Shown here piece by piece: positions 9,571 through 19,200 of a DNA stretch of 64,000 bases (positions are counted from its first letter, which is position 1; each line of letters begins with the position of its first letter). A program made the translations under genes and the position numbers. The notes below the pieces were generated by a model. It was given only the letters and a program-made list of their open reading frames with translations, had not been told where the DNA came from and ran no database searches. The stretch covers positions 156,870-220,869 of the forward strand of contig CAYWUX010000004.1 of assembly GCA_964461525.1 (NCBI GenBank), read 5' to 3'. The stretch comes from an uncultured Hyphomicrobiaceae bacterium. Lineage in GTDB: Bacteria > Pseudomonadota > Alphaproteobacteria > Rhizobiales > CAYWUX01.

Positions 9571-10494
9571 ATGACAACACACACACAAATCCGTCCGATC
9601 GAAAATATAGGATTTGTTGGTTTGGGAAACATGGGCTTTCCCATGGCATCCCGGCTGGCGAATGCCGGTTTTAGTCTTGTCGTCTATGATGTGGACAGGC
9701 TGCGTTGTAAACATTTCGTCGACGCATTGGGCGGCCGGGTTGCCGATGATTTGAGGCAGGTCGGAGGGACTTGTGATGCTGTTATTACAATGCTTCCCAA
9801 CAGTCGGATAGTCAGGGACGTCATCATTGGTCGGTCCGGCGTGGCAGATACATTGAAACCATTCAGCATTGTCATCGACATGAGTACCTCATCACCTGAA
9901 CACACACGCAGCTTGGGTTCAGAACTTATGGAAAAGGAAATCTATCTGTTGGATGCACCGGTTGCCGGCGGCGTCGTGTTTGCTGAAGACGGGACACTCG
10001 AAATTCTCACTGGTGGTGATCCTCAGATTATTGAACATGTCAGCCCGCTCTTGTCTGCAATGGGAAAAAACATTACTCATTGCGGTGCGCTGGGTACAGC
10101 TCACACTTTGAAAGCCGTCAACAATTTCATAAATGCATCTGTCTTGTGTGTTTATCTTGAAGCGCTGACTATAGGTCGACTGGCTGGCATAGATCTTTCT
10201 GTACTTGTTTCAGCTATTGAAGCTGCGACACTGGATCGGAATCACCCGTTTGGTAAGAAGGTAAAAAATCAAATTCTGAACAGAAAATTTGCAACCGGTA
10301 TGGCAATGGGGCTGATAGCAAAGGATCTGAAGGTTGCAGTAGATGCCGCCGATGATCTGGGTGCCGCGGCGCCGATAGCAGAACTCGTTCAGCAGATCTG
10401 GCAAAGCAGCGCCGATCGCTATGGCTTCGAGCGGGATCAGTCGGAGATTGTTCGCTACTGGGAGGATGCCGCTCAACTTGAACTCAAATTTTAA
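9571..10494 (+). CDS. 3-hydroxyisobutyrate/6-phosphogluconate dehydrogenase-like NAD(P)-dependent oxidoreductase
   Basis: Rossmann motif IGFVGLGNMG. Family-typical length and C-terminal helical domain. Start chosen at the internal ATG. Confidence 0.8.
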   Translation: MTTHTQIRPIENIGFVGLGNMGFPMASRLANAGFSLVVYDVDRLRCKHFVDALGGRVADDLRQVGGTCDAVITMLPNSRIVRDVIIGRSGVADTLKPFSIVIDMSTSSPEHTRSLGSELMEKEIYLLDAPVAGGVVFAEDGTLEILTGGDPQIIEHVSPLLSAMGKNITHCGALGTAHTLKAVNNFINASVLCVYLEALTIGRLAGIDLSVLVSAIEAATLDRNHPFGKKVKNQILNRKFATGMAMGLIAKDLKVAVDAADDLGAAAPIAELVQQIWQSSADRYGFERDQSEIVRYWEDAAQLELKF

Positions 10495-10704
10495 GTGCAA
10501 AGCCTATCGTTTGGGCTACGAACTGAAAAGTATTCGGTCGGCGACATTGCTGATTTTTGTCGTATCTCGTCATTCGGCCGATTGGACGATCGTTCGAAGA
10601 ACTGAAATGCCATAGATGCTTGCAGGCGTGTCCTGGAAGCGGTAATTAAATTCTTATATAAACCAGATATGTAACTGGTCATTTCGACCGAGAGTGTGTG
10701 TTTC

Positions 10705-11682
10705 ATGCAAGACCGGAAATTGAAAGTCGTAATTTTTGGTAAAATAAACCCTGCTGGTATTGATGCTCTAAATTCCGATGGCCGATTTGAAGTCATAGAG
10801 AGACCCGACCATGCAGATGATCGCCTCGTAGTGGCTACGACATCCGATGCTATAATTGTCCGGATGACCCCAATCGACAAGGACCTTATAAAACTTTGCC
10901 AAGGATTGAAAATCGTCGCCCGTCATGGTGTCGGTTATGATACTGTCGATGTCCCCGCTTTGACGGAAAGGCGAATTCCCCTCGCCCTGACCGGAGATGT
11001 AAATTCCGGAGCAGTGGCCGAGCATACGCTGTGCCTGATGCTGGGCCTGGTTAAAAGGAGTACCGTCTATGACAGGGCGATCAGAAATGGTGAGTTTTCA
11101 ATCCGAGACAGTTTTTCAGCGACGGAATTAAGCGGCAAGTCAGTCATGATCATTGGCTTCGGTCGAATTGGCAGAAAAGTCGCCGCCCTATGTAATGCAT
11201 TTGGTATGAAAATTACAGTCTTCGATCCCTTTGTTGCGCCCGATAAAGTCCGCAGCCTTGGGTTTTCGTATATATCTGAATTTGGGGATGGCCTTGCTGT
11301 CGCAGATTTTATCACAATACACGCTCCAAAATCAGTTGAAACCCAGCATTTGCTTGGCACTCGTGAGTTTGAAATTATGAAGGACGGGGTAATCGTTATA
11401 AATGTGGCACGTGGCGGACTGGTCGATGAGCGCGCACTGTTGTCCGCGCTCAAATCAGGTAAGGTCCGCGGTGCTGGACTTGATGTATTCGAACCGGAAC
11501 CGCCTCAACCCGGTAATCCCTTATTGCTTCGCGACGATGTAATTTTGACGCCCCACTCGGCTGCCTTCACGGTTGAATGTTCCGAAAACATGTCTAATGC
11601 GTGTGCCAACAACGTCATTGGATATTTTGACGGTGTTTTAAATCCTGAAATTGTTGTAAATCCAGAGGTACTCCGAACCTGA
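10705..11682 (+). CDS. D-isomer-specific 2-hydroxyacid dehydrogenase family protein
   Basis: GFGRIGRKVA NAD motif, ARGGLVDE, and the catalytic His context LTPHSAA. Confidence 0.85.
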   Translation: MQDRKLKVVIFGKINPAGIDALNSDGRFEVIERPDHADDRLVVATTSDAIIVRMTPIDKDLIKLCQGLKIVARHGVGYDTVDVPALTERRIPLALTGDVNSGAVAEHTLCLMLGLVKRSTVYDRAIRNGEFSIRDSFSATELSGKSVMIIGFGRIGRKVAALCNAFGMKITVFDPFVAPDKVRSLGFSYISEFGDGLAVADFITIHAPKSVETQHLLGTREFEIMKDGVIVINVARGGLVDERALLSALKSGKVRGAGLDVFEPEPPQPGNPLLLRDDVILTPHSAAFTVECSENMSNACANNVIGYFDGVLNPEIVVNPEVLRT

Positions 11683-11762
11683 AGCTTCCCCCGATGGAGT
11701 GGCAATCTGACAAAATCTAATCGTTTACATTTTTCAAGTCCTGAATAATTTAAGGGTATCAC

Positions 11763-12536
11763 ATGAAACTACCAACAAATACATTTAAGCAGGCTCTAAA
11801 AGATCGAACCAAACAGATAGGGATTTGGAATAGCCTGTGCAGCAATATAGCGGCGGAGATTATCGCACCGGCGGGATTTGATTGGGCGCTCCTTGATATG
11901 GAGCACTCAGCAAGCGATCTGAGAACGATCCTGTCTCAACTTCAGGCCTATGAAACAGGATCAACTTTACCCATCATTCGCCCGGCCTGGAATGATCCGG
12001 TACTTGTCAAACCACTTTTGGATCTTGGGGCCCGCGGCCTGTTGTTTCCCATGGTACAATCTTCAGAGGAAGCAGAACGGGCCGTTGCCGCGACTCGTTA
12101 CCCGCCAAAAGGCATTCGTGGCGTTTCCCTTTCGCAGCGTGGAAACAGATTCGGCAGAATCACCGACTATCTCGATCGATTTGAGAACGAACTGTGCGTG
12201 ATTGTGCAAATAGAAACTCGAGAAGCTCTTTCACGAGTTGGAGAAATTGCGGCAGTCGAAGGTGTTGATGGAATCTTTTTCGGCCCCGCCGATTTGTCCG
12301 CTGACATGGGACTTATCGGTCAACTCGACAATCCGGATTTATGGGCTGCCATCCTGGAAGGCGTCGCAGGCGCTGAAAGAGAAGGAAAACCGTCAGGTAC
12401 GCTGGTTGGGAATCCCGACAAGGCAATTGAATTGTTCAATCAAGGATTTACTTTTGTGGCATGCGGGTCGGATGCCAATCTTCTTGCACGCAGCGCAGAT
12501 GCACTTCTTGATAAAGTCAAATCCGCTATCCATTAG
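11763..12536 (+). CDS. HpcH/HpaI-family class II (metal-dependent) 2-keto-3-deoxy-acid aldolase
   Basis: 257 aa. N-terminal FKQALKD..QIGIW, DWALLDMEH and VQIETREAL match the HpcH/HpaI aldolase pattern. Confidence 0.85.
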   Translation: MKLPTNTFKQALKDRTKQIGIWNSLCSNIAAEIIAPAGFDWALLDMEHSASDLRTILSQLQAYETGSTLPIIRPAWNDPVLVKPLLDLGARGLLFPMVQSSEEAERAVAATRYPPKGIRGVSLSQRGNRFGRITDYLDRFENELCVIVQIETREALSRVGEIAAVEGVDGIFFGPADLSADMGLIGQLDNPDLWAAILEGVAGAEREGKPSGTLVGNPDKAIELFNQGFTFVACGSDANLLARSADALLDKVKSAIH

Positions 12537-13176
12537 AAACGGAAGGCCGTTGAAGCTGATGGGCGGACTTATGAATCTCCACTGGATAACCAGCATGCAA
12601 CAGTCCAACGAGAGAACGGGGGGTGAGCACTTCGACGGCTTGACCGGCATCCAGGCGTAATTGTCGCAGATATCCTCCCGGACTCCATCCCGCCATATGA
12701 TTGTTGAGGACCAGCCAGGGGGTACCTTTGTAGTTGACAAAGCAACCGTTGGGAAGATCATCCATTGTTGCCTGAAAAGTGACCTTGCGCCGGCGACGAT
12801 CAACACGTTCTTTGTGAAGAACAGTGTCAATCTCGCTCACATAAAGGCGCCGGCTTTGGCCCATCATTCGAGCCCAATGATGAATGAATATATTGAAATG
12901 CGGGCGACGACATTCGGCACAGGGCCGGTGACCGGCAGCCAAGGCCGTGGCTTCATCGAGGAAAAACAATTCCGTATATTGTCGGGACGCCATTATGTCC
13001 CGATGCCTGTCATTGAAATGCAATCTGCAGCAAATCCAGGATTTCGTCACCCAACGTCTCGCGGAAAGGGTTTTATTGGTCCGGTGGAGCTGTCCTCCCC
13101 GGTTTCCCATCCAGTTTCCTCGACATTCCGAAACTATAATTTCGCCTGCCGGCGTTACTCGATTTTGCAGCGGCAT
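12526..13176 (-). CDS. Conserved hypothetical protein with Ada-like HRPC-x2-C motif
   Basis: Contains YTELFFLDEATALAAGHRPCAECRR, resembling the Ada N-terminal Zn-binding motif. The start is set at MPLQNRV, which avoids overlap with argG. Function unknown. Confidence 0.55.
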   Translation of the reverse strand: MPLQNRVTPAGEIIVSECRGNWMGNRGGQLHRTNKTLSARRWVTKSWICCRLHFNDRHRDIMASRQYTELFFLDEATALAAGHRPCAECRRPHFNIFIHHWARMMGQSRRLYVSEIDTVLHKERVDRRRRKVTFQATMDDLPNGCFVNYKGTPWLVLNNHMAGWSPGGYLRQLRLDAGQAVEVLTPRSLVGLLHAGYPVEIHKSAHQLQRPSVSNG

Positions 13177-13192
13177 CAGTCGGATTACCGAA

Positions 13193-14410
13193 CTAGTCAG
13201 TACGGTTGTTGCGCGCACTCCACAATTTCAGCCGGAGCGCATTGAGCTTGATAAAGCCTTCTGCATCTTTCTGGTTATAAGCTCCCTCATCGTTTTCGAA
13301 GGTTACAATATCTTCATCGTAAAGCGATTTCGAACTCTCCCGACCGGTGATGATCACATTCCCCTTGTAAAGCTTGAGTCGTACCGTACCTTCGACATGT
13401 TCCTGGGATTTATCGATCAGGGCCTGCAGCATTTCGCGTTCCGGCGAAAACCAAAACCCGTTATATATGAGTTCTGCATAACGGGGCATCAGCTCATCTT
13501 TAAGATGTGCAGCCCCCCGGTCAAGAGTCAGAGATTCCATGGCGCGATGGGCGGCCAGCAATATGGTGCCCCCAGGCGTTTCGTAGATGCCCCGGGACTT
13601 CATTCCGACAAACCGATTTTCCACCAAATCCAGACGTCCAATTCCATTGTCATGTCCGAGACTGTTCAGTTTTGTGAGAATTCCGGCTGGGGACAGACGT
13701 TCATCATCAACTGAAACAGCATCTCCTTTTAAAAATCCGATTTTTATTTCTGTTGGCTTGTCCGGGGCCTCTTCAGGCGAGATCGTACGCTGAAAGACAA
13801 AAGGAGGCGGCTCTTGCCATGGATTTTCAAGAACTTTTCCCTCGGATGAAGAGTGCAGCAAATTCGCGTCGACGGAAAATGGCGCTTCGCCCCGTTTGTC
13901 TTTTGGAACCTGAATTTGATGCCTTTCGGCAAAATCCAGAAGATCCGTCCGACTTTTGAATTCCCAATCCCTCCAGGGCGCGATGACTTTAATCGATGGG
14001 TCAAGCGCATAGGCTGCCAGTTCAAACCTCACCTGATCATTACCCTTGCCTGTCGCGCCATGGGCTATCGCATCGGCGCCGGTTTCGTGGGCAATCTCGA
14101 CAAGGCGTTTCGAGATCAGGGGACGGGCAATTGATGTTCCCAACAGATAAACGCCCTCATATTGGGCATTGGCCCGGAACATGGGAAACACAAAATCTTT
14201 CACGAATGTTTCGCGAAGATCTTCGATGTAAATCTGTTTGATGCCCAGTAATTCGGCTTTTTTGCGGGCCGCGTCCAATTCTTCTCCCTGACCGAGGTCG
14301 GCGGTGAAAGTAACAACTTCGCACCGGTAAGTTTCCTGAAGCCATTTCAGAATGATCGACGTGTCCAGACCTCCGGAATAGGCCAGGACAACTCTTTTAA
14401 TATCCGTCAT
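13193..14410 (-). CDS. argG: Argininosuccinate synthase
   Basis: [12 protein letters not shown]-PPase motif and [13 protein letters not shown]; 405 aa, collinear with type-1 ArgG. Confidence 0.97.
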   Translation of the reverse strand: MTDIKRVVLAYSGGLDTSIILKWLQETYRCEVVTFTADLGQGEELDAARKKAELLGIKQIYIEDLRETFVKDFVFPMFRANAQYEGVYLLGTSIARPLISKRLVEIAHETGADAIAHGATGKGNDQVRFELAAYALDPSIKVIAPWRDWEFKSRTDLLDFAERHQIQVPKDKRGEAPFSVDANLLHSSSEGKVLENPWQEPPPFVFQRTISPEEAPDKPTEIKIGFLKGDAVSVDDERLSPAGILTKLNSLGHDNGIGRLDLVENRFVGMKSRGIYETPGGTILLAAHRAMESLTLDRGAAHLKDELMPRYAELIYNGFWFSPEREMLQALIDKSQEHVEGTVRLKLYKGNVIITGRESSKSLYDEDIVTFENDEGAYNQKDAEGFIKLNALRLKLWSARNNRTD

Positions 14411-14585
14411 GATTCAAACGTCTCCATAAACGTCTGTGTCTATTGCGCTGAGTGCCGCTTGTACACAATGAGGCGCCACGCACTATAGGATAGTTGCCGG
14501 GATGAGCAAGACCCTTTGTAACAACCGACAATCAGAAGCGCGCAGCGATGGGAGGTTCCGGTCCGGACTCCAACATTGGTATCTA

Positions 14586-15290
14586 TCAGTACCGAGAATT
14601 CCAGACATTTTTTTGTGGGAAGAATGTCCAAAATAAAGAGGGAAAGTTTTCTGGTTTATCAGGAATCCTAAAATTCAAATTGTCCGGAATAGGAGAAAAG
14701 ACAGGCTGCATCGGAGATGTTCGACTCCAGAAATCAGAAGGGATATTAAACATCTGCATCCATTCAGCGGTGAGTCTCCCGGCCCTCACAGCCGTTTCTA
14801 AATTTCGGAAATATTCAGGATCGGCCCAGCTGAAGTAAGGATGATTTGCCCCTCTCATTGCTAAGTCGTTCCAAGGCATTACCATTGGTTTGACCTGGTT
14901 AGAAACTTGTACAGCCTTCGAACTCCGTGAAACATCAAAGACTGGGTTTTCGAACTGAGTCAGAATTTTTTGAACGGTCATTTCACCCAGTATGGTGGAC
15001 ATCTGAAAAAAATTACTTACGCCCTGGACAGCGACATCACCCAGATTTGGGCTTTTAATCTCAACAGTTTTTCCTTTTGAGGATTTAAGTTTATGAGTTT
15101 TTCCCAGAAACAGTTCCTGACTGATACGAGCTGAATTGGTCAAAGCTTCAGAGGATGCAGTTGCCGCTATGTTGGTGCAGGCAGCCGCAAGTTGGGTGAC
15201 GGACTTCGCAAATTCCGTTTGCAAAGTAAAATCGAAGAACATGCTGGGTATCCTGTTTGGTCGCTGAGCGAAACGGTTGAATACAGACAT
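14586..15290 (-). CDS. Hypothetical protein (Trp/Phe/Pro-rich C-terminal half)
   Basis: Longest ORF in this interval at 234 aa. No TM segment, signal peptide or recognisable motif. Confidence 0.5.
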   Translation of the reverse strand: MSVFNRFAQRPNRIPSMFFDFTLQTEFAKSVTQLAAACTNIAATASSEALTNSARISQELFLGKTHKLKSSKGKTVEIKSPNLGDVAVQGVSNFFQMSTILGEMTVQKILTQFENPVFDVSRSSKAVQVSNQVKPMVMPWNDLAMRGANHPYFSWADPEYFRNLETAVRAGRLTAEWMQMFNIPSDFWSRTSPMQPVFSPIPDNLNFRIPDKPENFPSLFWTFFPQKNVWNSRY

Positions 15291-15400
15291 GATCGCGAAA
15301 ATTGCTTCACAAACAGATCATGCGAACCTGAAACTATTAGAATTTGACCAAATTTGCAAGAGCTTTGTTGCGGTGCAGCAAAAACTGTCTGACACCGGAT

Positions 15401-15832
15401 TCAGGCCTTTCGCCCGGCAGCCGCCCAGTAGATAAACCCTGCTATGAATCCGGCGGCCGCGAAAATTGTCAGGTATCGGGGATTGACACTGCCGGTGATG
15501 CCATCTCCGGTTATATACAGCAGTGGCATGGCTATAAAGGCGGCACCTCCTGACAGCAAATAATATATCGCAGACCTTATTCGACCGACTTCTCCTATGA
15601 TTATCAGGGCAAGTGCCGGGACCAGTGTCAACGCTGGTCCGAGATTGATGGCGAACTGCAACATCCCCAAGATATCGGCTATCAAAGAGAGGATCGGGTC
15701 CGTGTCAGTATCCGATGCGATCTGACCGCTGATTTCCCGGCCACCGAGAAATGTAAGCGCCAAAAGACCTGCGCATCCTGCAAGTAAGAATCCAAAGCTG
15801 ACGACGATAAATCGCCATAATAGTCTCCACAT
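15401..15832 (-). CDS. Hypothetical integral membrane protein (about 4 TM)
   Basis: 143-aa hydrophobic ORF with four TM-like stretches and no recognisable family motif. Confidence 0.55.
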   Translation of the reverse strand: MWRLLWRFIVVSFGFLLAGCAGLLALTFLGGREISGQIASDTDTDPILSLIADILGMLQFAINLGPALTLVPALALIIIGEVGRIRSAIYYLLSGGAAFIAMPLLYITGDGITGSVNPRYLTIFAAAGFIAGFIYWAAAGRKA

Positions 15833-15900
15833 CAGCCGATCCTTCTGTTCATAGACAGCCCCGAATTATCGGTCCTTCCATTTTAGTTCCCTGGTTGCAT

Positions 15901-17067
15901 TCAGGCAGTTATTTCAGTCAATTTTGATTGTCGGCGCTGACTGGCGGGAATTTTGAGGCTCTCAGATTTGAGCTGACCGCAGGCTGCCATGATATCCCGC
16001 CCCCGGGGGGTCCGGATCGGACTGGCATATCCGGCACGATTTATCACTTCGGCAAATTGCTCGATCTGTTCCCAACTGGACGTTTCATAAGGTGAGCCAG
16101 GCCAGGGATTGAACGGAATGAGATTGATTTTTGCCGGAATGCCCTTAAGTAACCTCACTAGTTCCTTTGCTTCACTGATAGAGTCGTTAACACCTTTCAA
16201 CATCACGTATTCAAATGTAATACGTCTGGCATTTGATACACCGGGATAGTTCCGGCACGCATCAAGCAACAGGCCGAGAGGATATTTCTTATTCAAGGGG
16301 ACAAGAATATCCCGCAATTCATCCCGCACGGCGTGTAGTGAAATAGCAAGCATGACGCCCAACTCTTCTCCACATCGGGCAATGTTTGGAACGACACCTG
16401 AAGTCGACAGTGTGATGCGTCTTTTGGAAACCGAAAGACCCTCCCCATCAGCGGTGATTTCCATCGCTTGTTTGACATTTTCGAAATTATACAGAGGTTC
16501 TCCCATGCCCATCAGCACAATATTGGTTATCGCCCGTTCACTGTCTGGAAGTATACCCCTATCCGAACGCTGTAAATGGATCCAGTCACCGATTTGATCC
16601 CGAGCAACCAAAATCTGACCAACAATCTCACCGGGAGTTAGATTTCGCACAAGCCGTTGTGTTCCGGTATGGCAGAATGTGCAGTTAAGCGTGCATCCTA
16701 CCTGGCTCGAAATGCACAGTGTGCCGCGAGATTCCTCTGGAATGTAGACTGTTTCGATTTCCGGTCCTTTCTCGCTAACCGATCCACTGTCTAGACGGAG
16801 AAGCCATTTTCGGGTCCCATCTGAAGATACCTGATCCGCAACGATTTCGGGACGAGATAACGAAAAATTTTCAGACATTAAAGCGCGCAGACTTTTCGAA
16901 ATGTTCGACATTTCACCGAAGTCGCGGCAACCTTTTATATAAATCCAGTTCCAAAGTTGAGAAGTCCGCATCCGAATTTCATTGTCTGGAACTCCGATCG
17001 AACGTAGTTCCTGAGCGAGCAGGTCACGGTTTAATCCAATAAGGGAAACCTTGTTTTGTTCTGACAT
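15901..17067 (-). CDS. rlmN: 23S rRNA/tRNA adenine-C2 methyltransferase RlmN (radical SAM)
   Basis: Radical-SAM cluster motif [20 protein letters not shown], and a C-terminal catalytic Cys (AACGQL). Start set at MSEQNKV. Confidence 0.93.
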   Translation of the reverse strand: MSEQNKVSLIGLNRDLLAQELRSIGVPDNEIRMRTSQLWNWIYIKGCRDFGEMSNISKSLRALMSENFSLSRPEIVADQVSSDGTRKWLLRLDSGSVSEKGPEIETVYIPEESRGTLCISSQVGCTLNCTFCHTGTQRLVRNLTPGEIVGQILVARDQIGDWIHLQRSDRGILPDSERAITNIVLMGMGEPLYNFENVKQAMEITADGEGLSVSKRRITLSTSGVVPNIARCGEELGVMLAISLHAVRDELRDILVPLNKKYPLGLLLDACRNYPGVSNARRITFEYVMLKGVNDSISEAKELVRLLKGIPAKINLIPFNPWPGSPYETSSWEQIEQFAEVINRAGYASPIRTPRGRDIMAACGQLKSESLKIPASQRRQSKLTEITA

Positions 17068-17177
17068 AAATAACCGGTACCAATTTTCGATTTGCCCAGA
17101 TAGCCGGGGAATTGAGATGGCCATCACGCAATACGATGTTTTCCTCTCTCACATAATTTAAGCAACTACATTCCAAA

Positions 17178-17723
17178 TTAAGGACATTCCTTTTCAATTC
17201 GATTGAGCGCTGATGTTATTCCTGAGAGAGAATAATTATCCGTTGTTAGAGTTCCACGGGCAGAGATCCCTTTGACAACCATTGAATCGCCGCGTTTCAT
17301 GGCATCAACTAACTTTTTTTCGTTATTTCGATCCTTGACAAAGGCAAACTCGTTTTCCGTAAAGAGTTCAAACTTGTCCGAACCGATTTCAGCTGTCGTC
17401 ACACTACCAGGTTTAAACGGATAACCAATCCGAATGCTTATTTGATTGCGGTCGTCTTCATCTGGCCAGGTCGTAACATAAAAGTGGATTTTACCGCGCC
17501 GGACATTTGTCGGTAATGTCTCTTTTGGTACGGAGGTGACAAAACAGATTTTTTGATTGTCTGATTCATGGACAAATGCCGTCCAGTCCCGAAATGTCTC
17601 CAGAACTTGCGCGGCATTGACGCCATTAACGGTGCCAATCATCACCAGTCCAAATACTGCCATCCGGGTTAGTAGAAATTGTCCAGCACGATTCAAGATG
17701 GTTTTTCGGCAAATAAGTTTCAT
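17178..17723 (-). CDS. Invasion-associated locus B (IalB)-family periplasmic protein
   Basis: Signal-like N-terminus, and WTAF...ICFVTS...FYVTTWP and ...MKRGDSMVVKG patterns typical of IalB. It lies next to rlmN, as is common in Alphaproteobacteria. Confidence 0.75.
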   Translation of the reverse strand: MKLICRKTILNRAGQFLLTRMAVFGLVMIGTVNGVNAAQVLETFRDWTAFVHESDNQKICFVTSVPKETLPTNVRRGKIHFYVTTWPDEDDRNQISIRIGYPFKPGSVTTAEIGSDKFELFTENEFAFVKDRNNEKKLVDAMKRGDSMVVKGISARGTLTTDNYSLSGITSALNRIEKECP

Positions 17724-17831
17724 TCTCGCGCTTTATTCATCCTTGAAATAGAAACTGAAGAATCAGTTTTAAGATTTTTCTTATAACCGTCTCAGTTAAT
17801 TATTACCACCAAATGTATGGCCATGATTCGA

Positions 17832-18365
17832 TCAAAGTAGGCCATTCCGATTCATTGAACCGCTTCCGTGAACATGCGTCGGCGGGTTCGTTGCCGGTCC
17901 GCGGGAAAATACCGGGCGTTCCGCAAAACGGCCCAGGCTCCTTACCCGATCATACATGACAATTGTTCCAGCCATTGCGACGTTAATGCAAAAGGCCGTC
18001 GGAATCCTTACCACATAGTCACATCTGCCGACCAGTTCCTGAGATAGAGAACCCTTTTCCGGTCCGAGAATATAAGCGGCATTCAGCGGATGGCGAAAAC
18101 TTGGCAGGTCTATCGATTCTTCCAGCAATTCAACCCCCACAAGCTGGCAACCTTGTGGCAAATGCATATCTTCAATGTTTTCCCAGTTATATAATGGCAG
18201 ATGTGTTATAGCCTTCGAGGTATCAGATTTGGCTTCAAGCACATTGTAGTTTGCGCCAATTGTAAATGTGAAGCTCGCGCCAAAGGCATGTGCAGATCGC
18301 ATCAGATTTCCCAGATTCATCTGTTTGGAATTTCTTTCAACGCCAATTGCAAAATATCCTCTCAT
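17832..18365 (-). CDS. SPOUT-class (TrmH/SpoU-like) RNA methyltransferase
   Basis: N-terminal YFAIGVERNSKQMNLGNLMRSAHAFGA and C-terminal IPT..CINVAMAGTIVMYD, typical of the SpoU methylase knot. Confidence 0.75.
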   Translation of the reverse strand: MRGYFAIGVERNSKQMNLGNLMRSAHAFGASFTFTIGANYNVLEAKSDTSKAITHLPLYNWENIEDMHLPQGCQLVGVELLEESIDLPSFRHPLNAAYILGPEKGSLSQELVGRCDYVVRIPTAFCINVAMAGTIVMYDRVRSLGRFAERPVFSRGPATNPPTHVHGSGSMNRNGLL

Positions 18366-18429
18366 GAGTGTCTGGCCTTTAAGCAGAATTTGGGAAAATA
18401 ATTACTAACATGATAGTAATTCTAGAAAA

Positions 18430-18843
18430 TTATACCTCAGAAGCAAATCGTTTGAGTGTATCTCGAGCAGCGATGCGATGAACGGGCCTGATGTGATCGG
18501 CGACTTTTTTAAGAACAGCGGCAAGTATGGCGGCATCATCGGTAAAACCAAGACAGACAATAACGTCGGGAACCACGTCAACCGGCATAATGAAGTAAAG
18601 CAGTGCTCCGATCAGCATAGTTCTGACATGCTGGGGTGTTTGTGGGTCCATTGCACTGTAATATGCGGCGATCAGATCTTCAGCAAAGGGAACCCGGGAG
18701 ATAACCCCACGAATTTTTCTCCAAAAGGATTGGCGGACCCGCTGCTCCCTTTGCAATCGTTTGTCATTGGAGATCTGTTTTTCATCGGTAATGGCGCCGA
18801 TAACCGACATCAAATCAGAATGAGATGCTCTCCTAGAAGTCAT
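18430..18843 (-). CDS. DUF1232 (YkvA-like) membrane protein
   Basis: LLYFIMPVDVVPDVIVCLGFTDDAAILAAVL is the DUF1232 signature. Confidence 0.7.
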   Translation of the reverse strand: MTSRRASHSDLMSVIGAITDEKQISNDKRLQREQRVRQSFWRKIRGVISRVPFAEDLIAAYYSAMDPQTPQHVRTMLIGALLYFIMPVDVVPDVIVCLGFTDDAAILAAVLKKVADHIRPVHRIAARDTLKRFASEV

Positions 18844-19080
18844 GACGTAATTATTCTCATATTAGACGTTGGCATCTGGATCAAAAAACTGGAGTTTTCC
18901 GAAATATGGGTCCTCTTACCCAGCTCTCAATAAGCGTATTTCCAGCTCAATAATAGTCAGCTCCCGAATTTGTGTATACTGCAAGTGGAAAGATTATTAT
19001 TAATATATGTTTTTCAAAATATTGAACAAATGGGTTAATGAATATAATTAATATACACATCTAATAAATTGATTAAAATA

Positions 19081-19096
19081 TTAAAATATATTTTAA
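19081..19096. repeat. Perfect 16-bp palindrome TTAAAATATATTTTAA within a roughly 130-bp AT-rich divergent intergenic region
   Basis: Read directly; the reverse complement is identical. Function unknown. Confidence 0.9.
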
Positions 19097-19200
19097 TATC
19101 ATCAGTTTTATGTCTGATTGCAATCATGCGACACGGATTATCCCACCGGGTCAGGTCGGAATTCTAGTCAGTTTTGTATTCAGTTTGGCCAGGTTTAGTC

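Noticed and set aside
18990-19115. CtrA-type TTAA-N7-TTAA boxes in the AT-rich region upstream of the DUF2865 gene.
   Set aside because: The TTAA pairs present have spacings of 4, 8 and 9 nt, not 7. The CtrA assignment is not supported.
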